63,721 nt of DNA, filler included, from Octopus bimaculoides (GCF_001194135.2; 5 parts of 4 records of this genome joined end to end with filler, not necessarily neighbours in it); one strand, 5' to 3'; shown: positions 13,349 through 26,817, numbered from the whole stretch's first letter. Notes: generated by a model not told the origin, from the letters alone. Numbers and translations are program-made.

Positions 13349-13917
13349 TACACAGTCTGTGTTTGCATACATACAGGCGCACATATATATGTACTGATAC
13401 ACGCGCACAGACGCAAACACAGCACACCCATTTACAGAAGAGCATAATCATTGCTCTGTACACACACTCACGCACCCATGCACGTACTAAACAGGTATAC
13501 ATGAAGAGAAGGATATATAAATAAAACACAGACACACGCAGGTATATGTATGCGTGTGTGCATATGTATTTGTATGTATATATGCGTATATATGCAAGTG
13601 TATGTAGACAAATACATGCATTTATAGAAGTGTAGACGATTCACTATTACATATCTCTCTATCTTCATAGACATATGTATATTCATATATATATGCGTAT
13701 AGAGAGATGTATGTATGCTGGGATATATACAGATATACATTTATATATACAAACATATATGTATATATGCTGCATAGGTATTGCATGCATACATACACCA
13801 GGATTACAGAGAATAATTCAGATTTGTAGATTGATTGATACGTTCACTGGTACGCACCCTTTTCTCTTCTAATGGGCACCATGATACACTGCATAATTAC
13901 ACGCACACGTAATATTG

Positions 13918-13952
<35 letters not shown>

Positions 13953-14546
13953 NNNNNNNNNNNNNNNNNNNNNNNNNNNNNNNNNNNNNNNNNNNNTTAA
14001 TTAATTAANNNNNNNNNNNNNNNNNNNNNNNNNNNNNNNNNNNNNNNNNNNNATATATATATATATATATATATATATACATTTATATGCGCATGTGCGT
14101 GTATGTGTGTTTGTGTGTACGGGTGTGCGTGTGTATCTGTGTGCGTGCTTGTACGACCTACGTAGGAGAAACCCATCTGCTCATCAAATGAAGATAAACG
14201 AAAGTTTTCATCATGTCATCCTTTATGACTTAAATAAACAAACACAGCTTTTATTGTTGTTGTTGTTGGTGGTCAGAAATGATGGAGTTACTTGAAAACC
14301 TCTTCTATGATATTCATCAGTGGCATGCATTGTTTCTTTGTTCCTTCACTTTACTTTCAGTTCTGTATTTGCTTTAATGGAACGCTGTGTTTACCATTGG
14401 ATAAAAATGGCTTCTTTTACGCCTATTTTACTACTTTAAAAATTTTGTTGTTGTTATATTTTCGTACTTTCGTATGGCATTGTCGATTGAATGAGCTTAG
14501 AGCCAGACGACAGACGATTAAATTACACTTTCCGCTCACTTCATTG

Positions 14547-14610
<64 letters not shown>

Positions 14611-14629
14611 TTGACTGAGAGAGCAGTGC

Positions 14630-15350
14630 ATGCCAAGGTGTTAACCAAGAGATTGGCGCTTGTCGTAGACAAGCTGGTTGACGAGGTGCAAACATGCGTC
14701 ATCCCAACCAGGACTATTCACGATAACCTCCATCTTATGCGCTACATTATAGAGAGGGTGGGTAACGAAGCTGATCAATTTAGATCAATATAAAGCCTTT
14801 GATAGGGTCGACCATCAATGCTTGGCAGCTGTCGTCAAGGCAGCCGGTTTCGGTCCAGTTTTCCGCAGTTGGATCGCTGCTTTGTACAGCGGCATCTGCT
14901 CGGTTGTTCGGGTGAATGGTCACCTGTGGGAGCCATTCAGCAACTTGCGTTCGGTCTGTCAAGGATACCGTCTCTCCTCTCTTCTGTATGTGTTGACTCT
15001 TGAGCCACTACTACGGAAGTTGGAGGCTTTGATGGGTGTCCCGCATGATCTAGGATGTAGTAGGAGTGCGTCTGCTTACGCTGATGATGTCACCGTCATA
15101 GTGTCGAGTCACAGGCATATAGACCTGATTGGCGACACACTACCAGAATACGAAACGGTGACAGGAGCAAAAATTAACGCGGAAAAGTCAGTGGGCTAGC
15201 AACTCGGCACTTGGAGAGACAAGTCCATGCCGTCCAACAGTGTCATGGGGTGCTGGACAGAAGGTCCGGTTAAGTTGCTCGGAGTCTGGTTTGGTCCAGA
15301 CCTCCAGGTGGAGAAAAACTGGGACGAGATGACGAGCAGGGTAAGCCTTT
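14630..15350 (+). mobile_element. L1-clade (Tx1-like) reverse transcriptase remnant
   Basis: KRL..VVDKLVDEVQTCVIPTRTIHDNLHLMR, DQxKAFDRVDH, SVCQGYRLSSLLY, AYADDVTV, GAKINAEKS, VKLLGVWFG; frameshift and in-frame stop. Confidence 0.9.
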
Positions 15351-15369
15351 CTCACCCAGAAATGGGCCG

Positions 15370-16070
<701 letters not shown>

Positions 16071-16399
16071 GCGTTTTCTCTAAATAGCTTAATAATAACT
16101 TAAGTGTTTTCAAATTCCTGATTAAATTCATTGAAAACCGACTTTTCCTTTCAACACAAGATGTCTTTGATATGTTTTCATTTCATTTTATGAAGTGAAG
16201 TAATTAATAGTCAATTCTTAATTATCTTTAAAACACAGTTTCTCCTTTGACATGGGTCAACTTACGACAACTAGCACCACCGTACAAAAGATGCTCTCAT
16301 TGTTGACTTGTAAAAACTGTGTTAGACTGCGAGCCATTTTCAATTCTAGCTTTTATGCACGAAACTTTGGCTCATTGACAACTAAATTAGGATACGTAT

Positions 16400-16560
16400 A
16401 TGCGTGGCTGTGTGGTAAGAAGCTCGCTTCCCAACTACATGGTTCCGGGTTCAGTCCCACTTCATGGCACCTTGGGCTAGTATCTTCTACTATAGCCTTG
16501 AGTCAATCAAAGCCTAATGAGTGGATTTGGTAGACGGAAACTGAAAGATGCCCACCGTAT
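16400..16560 (+). mobile_element. SINE family A 5' half
   Basis: TGGCTGTGTGGTAAGAAG...GGTTCCGGGTTCAGTCCCAC tRNA-like head with A/B-box-like motifs. Confidence 0.8.
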
Positions 16561-16581
16561 ATATATATATATATATATATA

Positions 16582-17840
16582 TTGGGTCATCCCATAAATA
16601 ATGTGGGATTTTTTTCAATTACATGAAGGAAAAGTCGGAGGGAGATGGGATAAACTACCTGCATCAACTTGCTATGAAAGCAGGTAGTAATTTTACCTTG
16701 TCTTTATTCTTAGTGCAAGTTTTGAAGAGTGCAGTTCAATTTTAATAGTTATTTTCTCAAAGTTATAATGGAAGTGACAAAGGAGCATGTAGTGAAACTA
16801 CCTCCCGCCATTAGATACAAAACTACTATCGCCATTACATACAATCTTCTCATTTAAATATAAATAAATGCGAGCGTAGTAGAGAACCCANNNNNNNNNN
16901 NNNNNNNNNNNNNNNNNNNNNNNNNNNNNNNNNNNNNNNNNNNNNNNNNNNNNNNNNNNNNNNNNNNNNNNNNNNNNNNNNNNNNNNNNNNNNNNNNNNN
17001 NNNNNNNNNNNNNNNNNNNNNNNNNNNNNNNNNNNNNNNNNNNNNNNNNNNNNNNNNNNNNNNNNNNNNNNNNNNNNNNNNNNNNNNNNNNNNNNNNNNN
17101 NNNNNNNNNNNNNNNNNNNNNNNNNNNNNNNNNNNNNNNNNNNNNNNNNNNNNNNNNNNNNNNNNNNNNNNNNNNNNNNNNNNNNNNNNNNNNNNNNNNN
17201 NNNNNNNNNNNNNNNNNNNNNNNNNNNNNNNNNNNNNNNNNNNNNNTCTATCTGCTGTAAACACTCACACACATGTATCACTCACATACACACTTTTCTT
17301 TGCATGACGGCCTGTCTTTGATTATGTTCTTATATGTCGCATTCACACTCTCACACAGACATACATCTTTAACACTACAATAAATATCTCTGTTATTCAT
17401 CTAATACGGTTGTGGTCTTTCATTACTGGTCATCTATGTTATCGTCGTATAACATATCATCTATATCATCCTTGATATATATATTTGTGTGTTCGACCGT
17501 GTGACACGTTTACATAAAAGGAGTCCTCTGTTTTTCCATTCGTCACCATTTCTCCTTTTATGAGTTCGCACGGTCGTCCCTTACAAGCATATTCGGCATA
17601 TTTTGCTTTGAGTTCAATAAAGGCAACAACGCAACGGAAAGTGCAAGGAATATTAAAGCAGTATATGGGGATCAGACAATAAGCGTAGTCCAGTGTCAAT
17701 GGTGGGCCCAGAAATTCTGAGTAGGAAACTACAGCCTAGAAGACGAGCCTCGTCCTGGAAGATCTGTAGAGCTGGACGACGACGTCCTGCAAACCACGGT
17801 GAAACAAAATCCCATCGTAACTGTTGAGGAACTAGCAGAG
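16582..17840 (+). mobile_element. Mariner transposon 5' portion, interrupted by an LTR
   Basis: Begins after (TA)n; MEVTKEH|IRHILL...FNKGNNATESARNIKAVYG...SLEDEPRPGRSVE (mariner N-terminal HTH) becomes continuous once 16788-17589 is removed. Confidence 0.85.
16788..17585. mobile_element. Solo LTR (Gypsy-like), partly in a gap
   Basis: TGTA...TACA termini; 4-bp TSD AGCA at 16784-16787 and 17586-17589; removal restores the mariner reading. Confidence 0.7.
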
Positions 17841-18819
17841 AATGGTGTATGATAAATTTTCGTTTAACGCTGTGAGGTTGTGACTCCGGATAATATCCAA
17901 GTTAAACATCCATTGCTACGTGACCCAGTCGAGGAACGTGCATAAAGTATGGGGCTATTACGTTGTATGAAGCACACACACATACACACGCATGCACACA
18001 CAAACACACACATATATACACACATACATACACACGCAAACACTCATATACATATATACATACAATTATACATGCATATATATAAATGTTGGTGTTTGTA
18101 AACTAAAGAGGGAGATGGTACTTAATAAATGGTATAAAGGTTTATTTAAAATGTCGAATGCAGGCTGTTCCATTTTCCGTTGATTTACGTTTTCCCTTCG
18201 CAGAATTCAAACCGGTCACTAAAAAAGTGACAAGGCTCTTTNNNNNNNNNNNNNNNNNNNNNNNNNNNNNNNNNNNNNNNNNNNNNNNNNNNNNNNNNNN
18301 NNNNNNNNNNNNNNNNNNNNNNNNNNNNNNNNNNNNNNNNNNNNNNNNNNNNNNNNNNNNNNNNNNNNNNNNNNNNNNNNNNNNNNNNNNNNNNNNNNNN
18401 NNNNNNNNNNNNNNNNNNNNNNNNNNNNNNNNNNNNNNNNNNNNNNNNNNNNNNNNNNNNNNNNNNNNNNNNNNNNNNNNNNNNNNNNNNNNNNNNNNNN
18501 NNNNNNNNNNNNNNNNNNNNNNNNNNNNNNNNNNNNNNNNNNNNNNNNNNNNNNNNNNNNNNNNNNNNNNNNNNNNNNNNNNNNNNNNNNNNNNNNNNNN
18601 NNNNNNNNNNNNNNNNNNNNNNNNNNNNNNNNATTTTCCGTTGATTTACGTTTTCCCTTCGCAGAATTCAAACCGGTCACTAAAAAAGTGACAAGGCTCT
18701 TTTATTTGAACCAAGACTGTTCCTGGAATTTCTGAATATGTGAATGAGTTGGTGAATGTGGATACACTTGCACTTGTGTTATATAGGTGTATATGTGCCT
18801 TCAGCACATATTTATTGTT

Positions 18820-19160
18820 TATCTTTTACTTGTAACAGTCACTGGGCTGCGGCCATGCTGAAGCATCACCTTGAAGGGTTTAGTCAAACAAATCGACCAC
18901 AGCATTTATTTTAAAGTCTGGTACTTATTCTATTAAATTCGTTTGCCGAATCGCTAACTTACGGAGACGTAAACATAGCAATTCCGGTTGTCAAGCGCCA
19001 GTGGTGGGGCAAACACAATGATCCTTTTTCCCCCCACACACGTCGGGCTTCCACGCATTTTCCGTCTACCAAACCCGCTCACTCAGAAGATATTGGTTAG
19101 CCCGAGTGCCATGCATTGGAACTGAACCTGAAACCTCGTAGTTGGCAAGTAAACTTCTCA
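18820..19160 (-). mobile_element. SINE family A, diverged
   Basis: Reverse-complement similarity to the 24431-24826 copy. Confidence 0.7.
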
Positions 19161-20139
19161 CCGCAGAGCCACGCCTATAAATTTGTTTTATTTCCTTTTA
19201 TGTAAGCCATGTATACATGCGATTGTGTGCAATTGTTCACTTAAGGGAACTCAAGCGGGGAATCCTTGAAATGTTTTATTAATATCCATTCTACCATTAA
19301 TCCATTGTATTCGGAAGATGTAAGTCGCTTTGCTTTGTTCTTCCATTTAGAGCCTCAGAACTTTTATGCTTTTATGTAAATCTGTTGTTACGTAGCCCGG
19401 TATACCTGTGATAATAAGTACAATGAAAATTTATAACCTAGATACAATAGATATAAGTTTCTCATGAGTTCACTATAGATGTTTTTGTTTTCGCCAGTTT
19501 TAGATGAGACATTCGCATTCATTGGCCCGCTGATCTCTACAGCTGAGAATTGAGTTTTGTTGTCTGCCTCATAGAGCAATATCACGCCTATTGTGTTTAC
19601 ATTTGGTTGGTGACTTTATTAGAATGTTCCACCAGTGTTCTATAGTTTAAAGGTGTGAATACATTCTGGTTCTGGCTCCTACCTTTTTCTCTTTTGTTTT
19701 TTGTATAAATAACTGTTGGGACGATTCTTCCCGTAAAACAGCATTCATTGTGAATGGCTTTAGCAACAGTGTCGTGTCTCGTGGAAAGCCGTTGGTGACG
19801 TTGTTGTCGTTATCGTAGTTTCATCATCATTACCACTCAGCCACCACCACCACCGACAACAACAACAACAACAACAAAAACAACAACAGCAACAGCGAAC
19901 CTTCTTCCACGTTTATTGTTGATAAGAACAAAGTAAACGAAACGCACTAAAGTGGAAAATGAAGATTGAAATGAAGAAAAATAATACGACTGTTTTTTCT
20001 TATATACATAAAACTGTAATCACCGATGTCTGTTCCTCTCACACACAAGATGTGAAAATTGTATTTTTATTTTACAATTTTGCGGACCAACTGTTATTTT
20101 CGGCCTATTATATCAGCATATCCATTGTATTAAGATAGT

Positions 20140-20560
20140 GGTTTCAAATTTTGTCACAAGGGCAGCCATTTTTTTGTGGGTGGGGGGAATAAGTCAATTA
20201 CATCGACCCCAGTGTTTCTGGTACTTAATTTATCGACTCCGAAAGAATGAAAGGCAAAGTCAACCTCGGCGGAATTTGAACTCAGAACGTAGGTAACTAA
20301 GATTATTCTTCATTATGTAAATACTTCCGATAATTACCCTCTAATGCTCCTCTTATATACTCTTTGTGTTTCATCCAATATGACTGCTCATTAAGGTGGT
20401 GAGCTGGCAGAAACTTTAGCACACCGGGCGAAATACTTAGCGGTATTTCGTCTGCCGCTACGTTCTGAGTTCAAATTCCGCCGAGGTCGACACTCTGAGA
20501 TCAAATCCCATCGAGGCCAGCTTTGTCTTTCCTCCTTTGGGGGTTGTTAAATAAGTATCA
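20140..20560. mobile_element. Two SINE family B copies in opposite orientation (~20140-20290 minus; ~20395-20560 plus)
   Basis: CTCGGCGGAATTTGAACTCAGAACGT and its complement ACGTTCTGAGTTCAAATTCCGCCGAG. Confidence 0.75.
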
Positions 20561-21229
20561 ATCTGGGGCAGTGGTTCGACAGAACTGAAAGACCACCGGA
20601 GATTCCTTACAATATTTGTTTTGGCTCTTTATGTTCTGAGTTCAAATCCTGCCATGACTTCCTCGAATGATAGACTTAATCCACCGCCCTGTTTAACACC
20701 ACCACATGATACCAGGAATACCTTTAGTAGAGTCAGCTCTGTTGCAAGCATTTGGATCAGGCTTCTGGGTTGAGATACCTTCCTCCCCCACTTTCTCTCA
20801 TTGGTTTCGGAGCTCCTGTAAAGAGCCATGGCCACTACACTCATCATCATCCCCTGAACATTTCGGTGTCGAGTCCTAGAACTTATAGGAACGGTTACAT
20901 ATGGGAAAATCTTAAAAGAAGGTTTGGCGCAAGATCGTTCACAATTATATAAACGATAGAGTTGAAAGTAGCATTGGCCAAAAATTGAATAAATACGGAT
21001 CAGTTTGTCATTGATAATTTAATCAAATCTTCGCCTAATCGAAGAAAGCTGTGAATTTACACGCGAGGAAGCCACCAGCTGGTATCAATGAGGAAAGCCA
21101 AATCGAAAATTTAACTCATTTTTTTCTCCCCGGTATTAATAATCGAACAATGAATAACGTGGTACAATGGTGAATTAAGAAAGGTCATTGTTGAGTGAAG
21201 AAGAGATCAGAAAGAACGTTGAAAGATTT

Positions 21230-21445
21230 TTTTAACACTGGCATTTCGGTGACTGAGATCATAACATTTCCCCTGCATGGAACGCCAGTTCGTTGCAGGA
21301 TCACTCATAGCCAACTGAATGGACTGAGGCTATGAAATGATTAGCTCAAGAACACGACACATCGACAGGTTCGGGAATCGAAACCACAATCTTGAAAGCA
21401 ACACCCTAACCGTGAAAGCAACACCCTAACGACTAGGCTACGTAC
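21230..21445 (-). mobile_element. tRNA-derived SINE family C fragment with a 20-bp internal tandem duplication
   Basis: GGAATCGAAACCAC B-box complement, GCTCAAGAACAC; GAAAGCAACACCCTAAC occurs twice. Confidence 0.6.
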
Positions 21446-22141
21446 CTTCCCTACTAGCAAAAAGATTAAAAATAACAAAAAAGAAATCAAGAATCGGGAT
21501 GAATGAATGGCGGCTGTCGGCTTAAATCCATTTTTTTTGTCTTGTTTAATTTGGCAGTGATGGTTGTCTTGCAAGATCTCGTGTCAAACCTCACTGAATA
21601 CAGCAAATGTAAATGTCATTTTTTTTTTTGTTAGCGACTGATTTGGTTGGTTTGATGGCTAAAGTGTTAAAATATGTTTCAAATATTGGATTGAAATAAA
21701 ATGAATTTCTCTTAAGAACGTATAAATCTTATTAACTCCTCTCCGCTGTCAGTATTTCATTAATCTCTCTACCCCACCCATACTGTCTTAACCAACTCCA
21801 GTCATCTGTAATGGATTCCGCCGCCACCCGTTCATTCATAAAGACAAGGAAGGTTAAACGCGGGTTCTGTGAGGCGGAGTAAATGGGAAACTGCTGTGGT
21901 AAAAACGGAGAAGGAAAATATATTAAACACGATAGATAAGAAGGACGAGCAGCCAGTGTCTACCACGTTGGAGTTTAACAGCTGGAGGTGTTTTACATCT
22001 AAAGGGCAATGTAGTCAGCCAGGCAAACGGAAAACATAAGGGAGCTTACAACACGCACACGCACACATACACATGTATTACTTGCTCGGTTGTTTAATGA
22101 CTGCGCATTTGTGTGCGTGATTACGCGCATGCGTGCGTGTG

Positions 22142-22172
<31 letters not shown>

Positions 22173-22508
22173 TCAGATCGGAATTTTACAGCTTATTTTT
22201 GACCGGCCACCTGCTTGGTAGCAAGGTTGCAATTTGGAAAGGGAGGTTTTTGTTATTTTCGTAATCCTTTTTCAAAACCATTCAACCTTTAAATTTTAAG
22301 GCCTTGTTGATATTTTTTATTGTCCCAGATTTCGTGATCATCTGTAGAATGTACACACACACACACATACACACACACACACACGCACGCGCATGTTTAG
22401 TGTTATTAGTCGGGCAAAGAAAGAGCACTTGATACGTGAATGGAGATTAATGGTTTATTTTGGTCGAGTCAGTCTCTTTCTACTATGAGTTTCGCTGGTA
22501 AGTGCATA

Positions 22509-22677
22509 TAGGTCCGGCCCTAGGGTTGCTGGGGCCCCTGGCAAACTGAACTGCGGCGCCCTTACAAGTATAATTTTTAAAAACTTTCACAAGGAGAAAA
22601 AAAACTGAAAATGTAGACTAAAAAGTATACGGCGCCCTGGGTGACTGACCGAGTTGCGGCACCTTAAGCCGGCCCTA
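22509..22677. mobile_element. hAT-type MITE
   Basis: GC-rich TIRs TAGGTCCGGCCCT / AAGCCGGCCCTA; 8-bp TSD AGTGCATA / GGTGCATA (7/8 match). Confidence 0.7.
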
Positions 22678-22741
22678 GGTGCATAGGGTCTTTCAGGTAA
22701 GTTATGACTGAAGAAATATTGGAATAATCAGTATCTCAGTG

Positions 22742-23310
22742 ATGGTGCGTGGCTTAGTGATTAGGTTACTCGGTTCGCTATCGTAAAGTCCTGAGTTCGA
22801 TTCCTAGTGGCGTGTTGTCCTTGAGCAAAACACTTTATTTCAAACTGCTCCAGTCCACTCAACTGGCGGAATGAGTTGTACCTGTAATTCAAAAGGTCAA
22901 GCCTTGTCACATTCGGTGAGTCACGCTGAAGCTCCCTCAGAACTACTTTCTGCGAGCTGGCAGAAATGTTAGCACGCCGGGCGAAATGCTTAGCGATATT
23001 TCGTCTGCCGTTACGTTCTGAGTTCAAATTCCGCCGAGGTCAACTTTGCCTTTCATCCTTTCGGGGGTCGATAAATTAAGTACCAGTTACGCACTGGGGT
23101 CGATGTAATCGATTTAATCCCTTTATCTGTCCTTGTTTGTCCCCTCTATGTTTATCCCCTTGTGGGCGATAAAGAAATAAGAACTACATTAAGGGTACGC
23201 GTGTCTGTGGATTGCTCAGCCGCTTGCACGTTAATTTCACGAGCAGGCTGTTCTGTTGATCGAACTAACTGGAGCACACGTTGTCGTAACTGACCGAGTG
23301 CCAGACGTTG
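22742..23310 (+). mobile_element. tRNA-derived SINE family C with a nested SINE B
   Basis: TGGCTTAGTG A-box, GAGTTCGATTCC B-box, body resumes after the insert. Confidence 0.8.
22947..23179 (+). mobile_element. SINE family B inserted in SINE C
   Basis: Flanked by direct repeat AGAACTAC at 22939-22946 and 23180-23187. Confidence 0.8.
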
Positions 23311-23489
23311 GCCTGTATACTCTAACATTTTGTAGCAGACGTAATGAATAGGATTGCTTTGTTAATTACATTACCGTAAGACTTTAAACTATTGACCTTT
23401 GGTCCTTTTCTTTCAACAATCAGGCAAAGCTTAACAAAGTTCGTCGACGGAATGGCATAACTTTTGTAGCTGATTCTTCAGGTATCATG

Positions 23490-23650
23490 CTTTCTACTAT
23501 AGGTACAAGGCTTGAAACTGGTACTTAATTTATCGAACCCGAAAGGATGAAAGGCAAAGTCGACCTTAGCGGAATTTGAACTCGGAACGTAAAAACACGA
23601 AATGCCACTGAGCATTTTGCCCGGCGTGCTAACGATTCTGCCAGCTCGCG
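23490..23650 (-). mobile_element. SINE family B
   Basis: Reverse-complement match to 22947-23179. Confidence 0.75.
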
Positions 23651-23746
23651 GTCTTATTCTTCAACTTGCAGCATCATAACATAAAAAGGTTAAAGAAAAT
23701 CTTTGGTAAACATAGGCTGTGTAGTTAAGAACTTGCTTTGCAACTT

Positions 23747-24394
23747 CGACATGGTGAAGCTTAGGTGTTCTGAAAACCGAAATCTTCTAGATAGATAAAA
23801 CATATCTGTTGGTAAGGATGGGTGTTGGTAGACTGAAGCAATGTGGAAGCCAGTCTTATATATTCGTGTATCTGGGTTTCTGTTCGTCTCATACATCTAC
23901 TTGATAATCGCTGTTGATTTGTTTATGCCCCTGTAACTTAGAGGTTCGGCTAAAGATACCGAGGAAACAAGTATGCAGCCTTCAAAATAAGCAGCGGAAG
24001 CGATTCGTTCGAGTAAAACCCTTCAGGGTTCTGCCTCAACATGGCTGCAATCCAGTGAGTGAAACATGTTATGGATCAAGAAAAAAATAGTTCACTATCC
24101 TGGAGAACTTTTTGCAAATCAGTGGGATTTTTAGGGCTACAGACAAACAGCCAGACAGACGGGTCAGTCAGGAAAGTAGTTATCATTATGAGGGATTTAA
24201 ATCAACAATGGCTATCCAGTAGCACAAAATTAATGATTATGAAGTTTATGCAACATATCATTTTGACTTCTATTATAGCCAGCTGCACCAAAGGATAGGG
24301 TGTGGTTAAAACGAAACACCCATCCTTACCAACAGATATGTTTTATCTATCTAGAAGATCTCGGTTTTCAGAACACCTAAGCTTCACCATGTCG
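23747..24394. repeat. 80-bp inverted repeat pair (23747-23826 / 24315-24394)
   Basis: 79/80 identity by eye, 488-bp spacer. Confidence 0.9.
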
Positions 24395-24430
24395 TCAAGC
24401 AATAAATCCCTTGGGATTGACAGTCGCTGG

Positions 24431-24826
24431 AGTGGCTTTGTGGTAAGTAGCTTGCTTACCAAGCACATAGTTCCGGGTTAAGTCCCACTGCGTGGCACCT
24501 TGGGCAAGTCTCTTCTACTATAGCCTCGGGCCGACCAAAGCGTTGTGAGTGGATTTGGTAGACGGAAACTGAAAGAAGCCCGTCGTATATATGTATATAT
24601 ATATGTATGTGTGTGTATATGTTTGTTTCCCCCCCCCCCCCAACATCGCTTGACAACCGATGCTGGTGTGTTTCCGTCCCCGTAACTTAGCGGTTCGCCA
24701 AAAGCGACCGATAGAATATGTACTAGGCTTGCAAAGAATAAGTCCTGGGGTCGATTTGCTCGACTAAAGGCGGTGCACCAGCATGGCCGCAGTCAAATGA
24801 CTGAAACAAGTAAAAGAGTAAAAGAG
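24431..24826 (+). mobile_element. tRNA-derived SINE family A, full length (used here as reference copy)
   Basis: tRNA-like head, internal (TA)/(TG) tract, conserved 3' half, (AAAAGAGT)2 tail. Confidence 0.9.
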
Positions 24827-25124
24827 TCGCTGGATACCATCATGAAGAATATGACGTAACGAATCATTAACTTATTGTCGGATACACAAGAGCTTGAAGC
24901 CTATACTTTGTTTATGTCTCTGTCGGTAAAACCAGACCAAATCAAACCAAACTAAATCAAACACGCACATCCTGAGATGCTGACATGATAATGCTTAGGA
25001 TTCCTAAAACTATGATGGCTAGCGATGTTGGGGGAGAACAAACACACACACATACGATGGGCTTCTTTTAGCTTCGTGTACCAAATCCACTCACAAAGCT
25101 TTGGTCGGCCCGAAGCTATAGTAG

Positions 25125-25296
25125 ACTCAACTGGACGTCCTGTTCGATCTTCATCTTCAAGGCAGAAATCTCCACTTCTGAATTTTGCAAACCATCTTCT
25201 GCAAGTTCTTTCATTCAACCATTCTTTCCCATAAACTGAGTCTATGTTTCGAGTCGCTTCGATTGCGGAGTTTCCGTTTTTGTACTCATAAAGCAT
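25125..25296 (-). mobile_element. Mariner transposase N-terminal fragment, truncated by a SINE
   Basis: MLYEYKNGNSAIEATRNIDSVYG...ERTCRRWFAKFRSGDFCLEDEDRTGRP (mariner HTH). Confidence 0.85.
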
Positions 25297-25400
25297 TCAT
25301 CATCATCATCATCATCGTTTAACGCCCGCCTTCCATGCTAGCATGGGTTGGACGATTTGACTGAGGACTGGTGAAACCGGATGGCAACACCAGGCTCCAA
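25297..25400 (-). mobile_element. Probable RTE-related LINE/SINE 3' tail with (GAT)n end
   Basis: (CAT)n-CGTTTAACG.CCGC.TTCCATGCT.GCATGGGTTGGAC pattern; family assignment from recall. Confidence 0.45.
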
Positions 25401-25953
25401 TCTAACTATGTGCCTTAAATGCTGTTTGGATACTTCCATGTTAGACAGGGTTTTAATCAAAGAAATTTTAATTCNNNNNNNNNNNNNNNNNNNNNNNNNN
25501 NNNNNNNNNNNNNNNNNNNNNNNNNNNNNNNNNNNNNNNNNNNNNNNNNNNNNNNNNNNNNNNNNNNNNNNNNNCTATAAGGCCCCGTCGGAAACTTGCA
25601 ACCAACGACATTATTGTTCACCGATTCCGATATCAAATAAACGCCAATATCTTAATATAAAGAACCTGATATTTATTTTTATTTCTCCACCAAACTCTTC
25701 TATCATTACAAAGTCAACATCATCTGAAACTTTTTCAGTGTGCTGTTACCTACAGACTGCCCTTCACTTCATCAACGAAACATTCTCCAGCCTAATCTGT
25801 AATTCTGTATATTTTGTCAACTTGAAAAAAACATCTGTTTTTCACTCACGGCTTCTTCATTACTTCTTTTTTTTTCATTGTTTTCCATTTGTTTTTGCTG
25901 GATTTATTCGTTGTTCATTTCTCTTCTTTTTTTTTTGCTTCAAGTTGTACATA

Positions 25954-25984
<31 letters not shown>

Positions 25985-26084
25985 NNNNNNNNNNNNNNNN
26001 NNNNNNNNNNNNNNNNNNNNNNNNNNNNTTAATTAATTAANNNNNNNNNNNNNNNNNNNNNNNNNNNNNNNNNNNNNNNNNNNN

Positions 26085-26123
<39 letters not shown>

Positions 26124-26767
26124 CATACATACACACATGTATATATACTTAAACATACACCACATTATATAATCGAGAGTTATACCGGGCACCTCCTGCA
26201 TGAGTAGGCACTTTTTTGCTTCATTTAAGCAGTTTGGTCAATATGCATATGTTTGCTTTTGCCGATTGTGTTTCAAAATGCATTATTACAGCGAATACAA
26301 GCATGTTATTACTTTTTGTTCACTCATTCCCTTCTATTTATAATCATTATGAGTATTTCAATACACATAAAGATTATAAAATATGGTAACTATTTGTAGA
26401 AAACTAAAGTAAACGTACCTCTTGTCTTGCATATGTGTCTTGTATATACTGTCTTCTAAATAAACTCTTGCCTTGACTGTCTCAGTACATTGGTGCTTCC
26501 TAAATTCCGTAAATATTTGGAGGAAGGATGTGACTCCGTTCTTTGAACTGACCTTTCGTTTCCGTCTTAATCATAGATCCAGGTTCAAATTTATCCTCGT
26601 TTGTTCGCAAACACATTTCTTTTATTTGTAATTTCTATGTATTCCAGATCTCATTCTTAGATTGATGGTTGCTAATAGTTGGGAAACTCCGGACGGGGGA
26701 GGGGTAACTAAATTTTGTTTTATTTTTCTGCTTCTTCGATTTTCAGCCGTTCAATATTATTATTATT

Positions 26768-26817
<50 letters not shown>

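Noticed and set aside
13953-14052. TTAATTAATTAA embedded in Ns (also at 26029, 43129 and 54613)
   Set aside because: The identical 44N-12bp-44N pattern is an artificial scaffold-join linker with stops in all frames. It is not biological, and adjacency across these joins is only inferred.
18172-18702. ~70-bp exact direct repeat on both sides of a gap
   Set aside because: Typical unmerged contig overlap.
22742-22810. tRNA-like sequences at SINE heads (also 16400, 24431, 53040-53100, 53260)
   Set aside because: No complete cloverleaf or acceptor stem, and each continues into a SINE body; not tRNA genes.
23424-23481. Plus-strand exon-like AKLNKVRRRNGITFVADSS between AG and GT
   Set aside because: Abuts SINE sequence, peptide unrecognised, and no other supporting exons.
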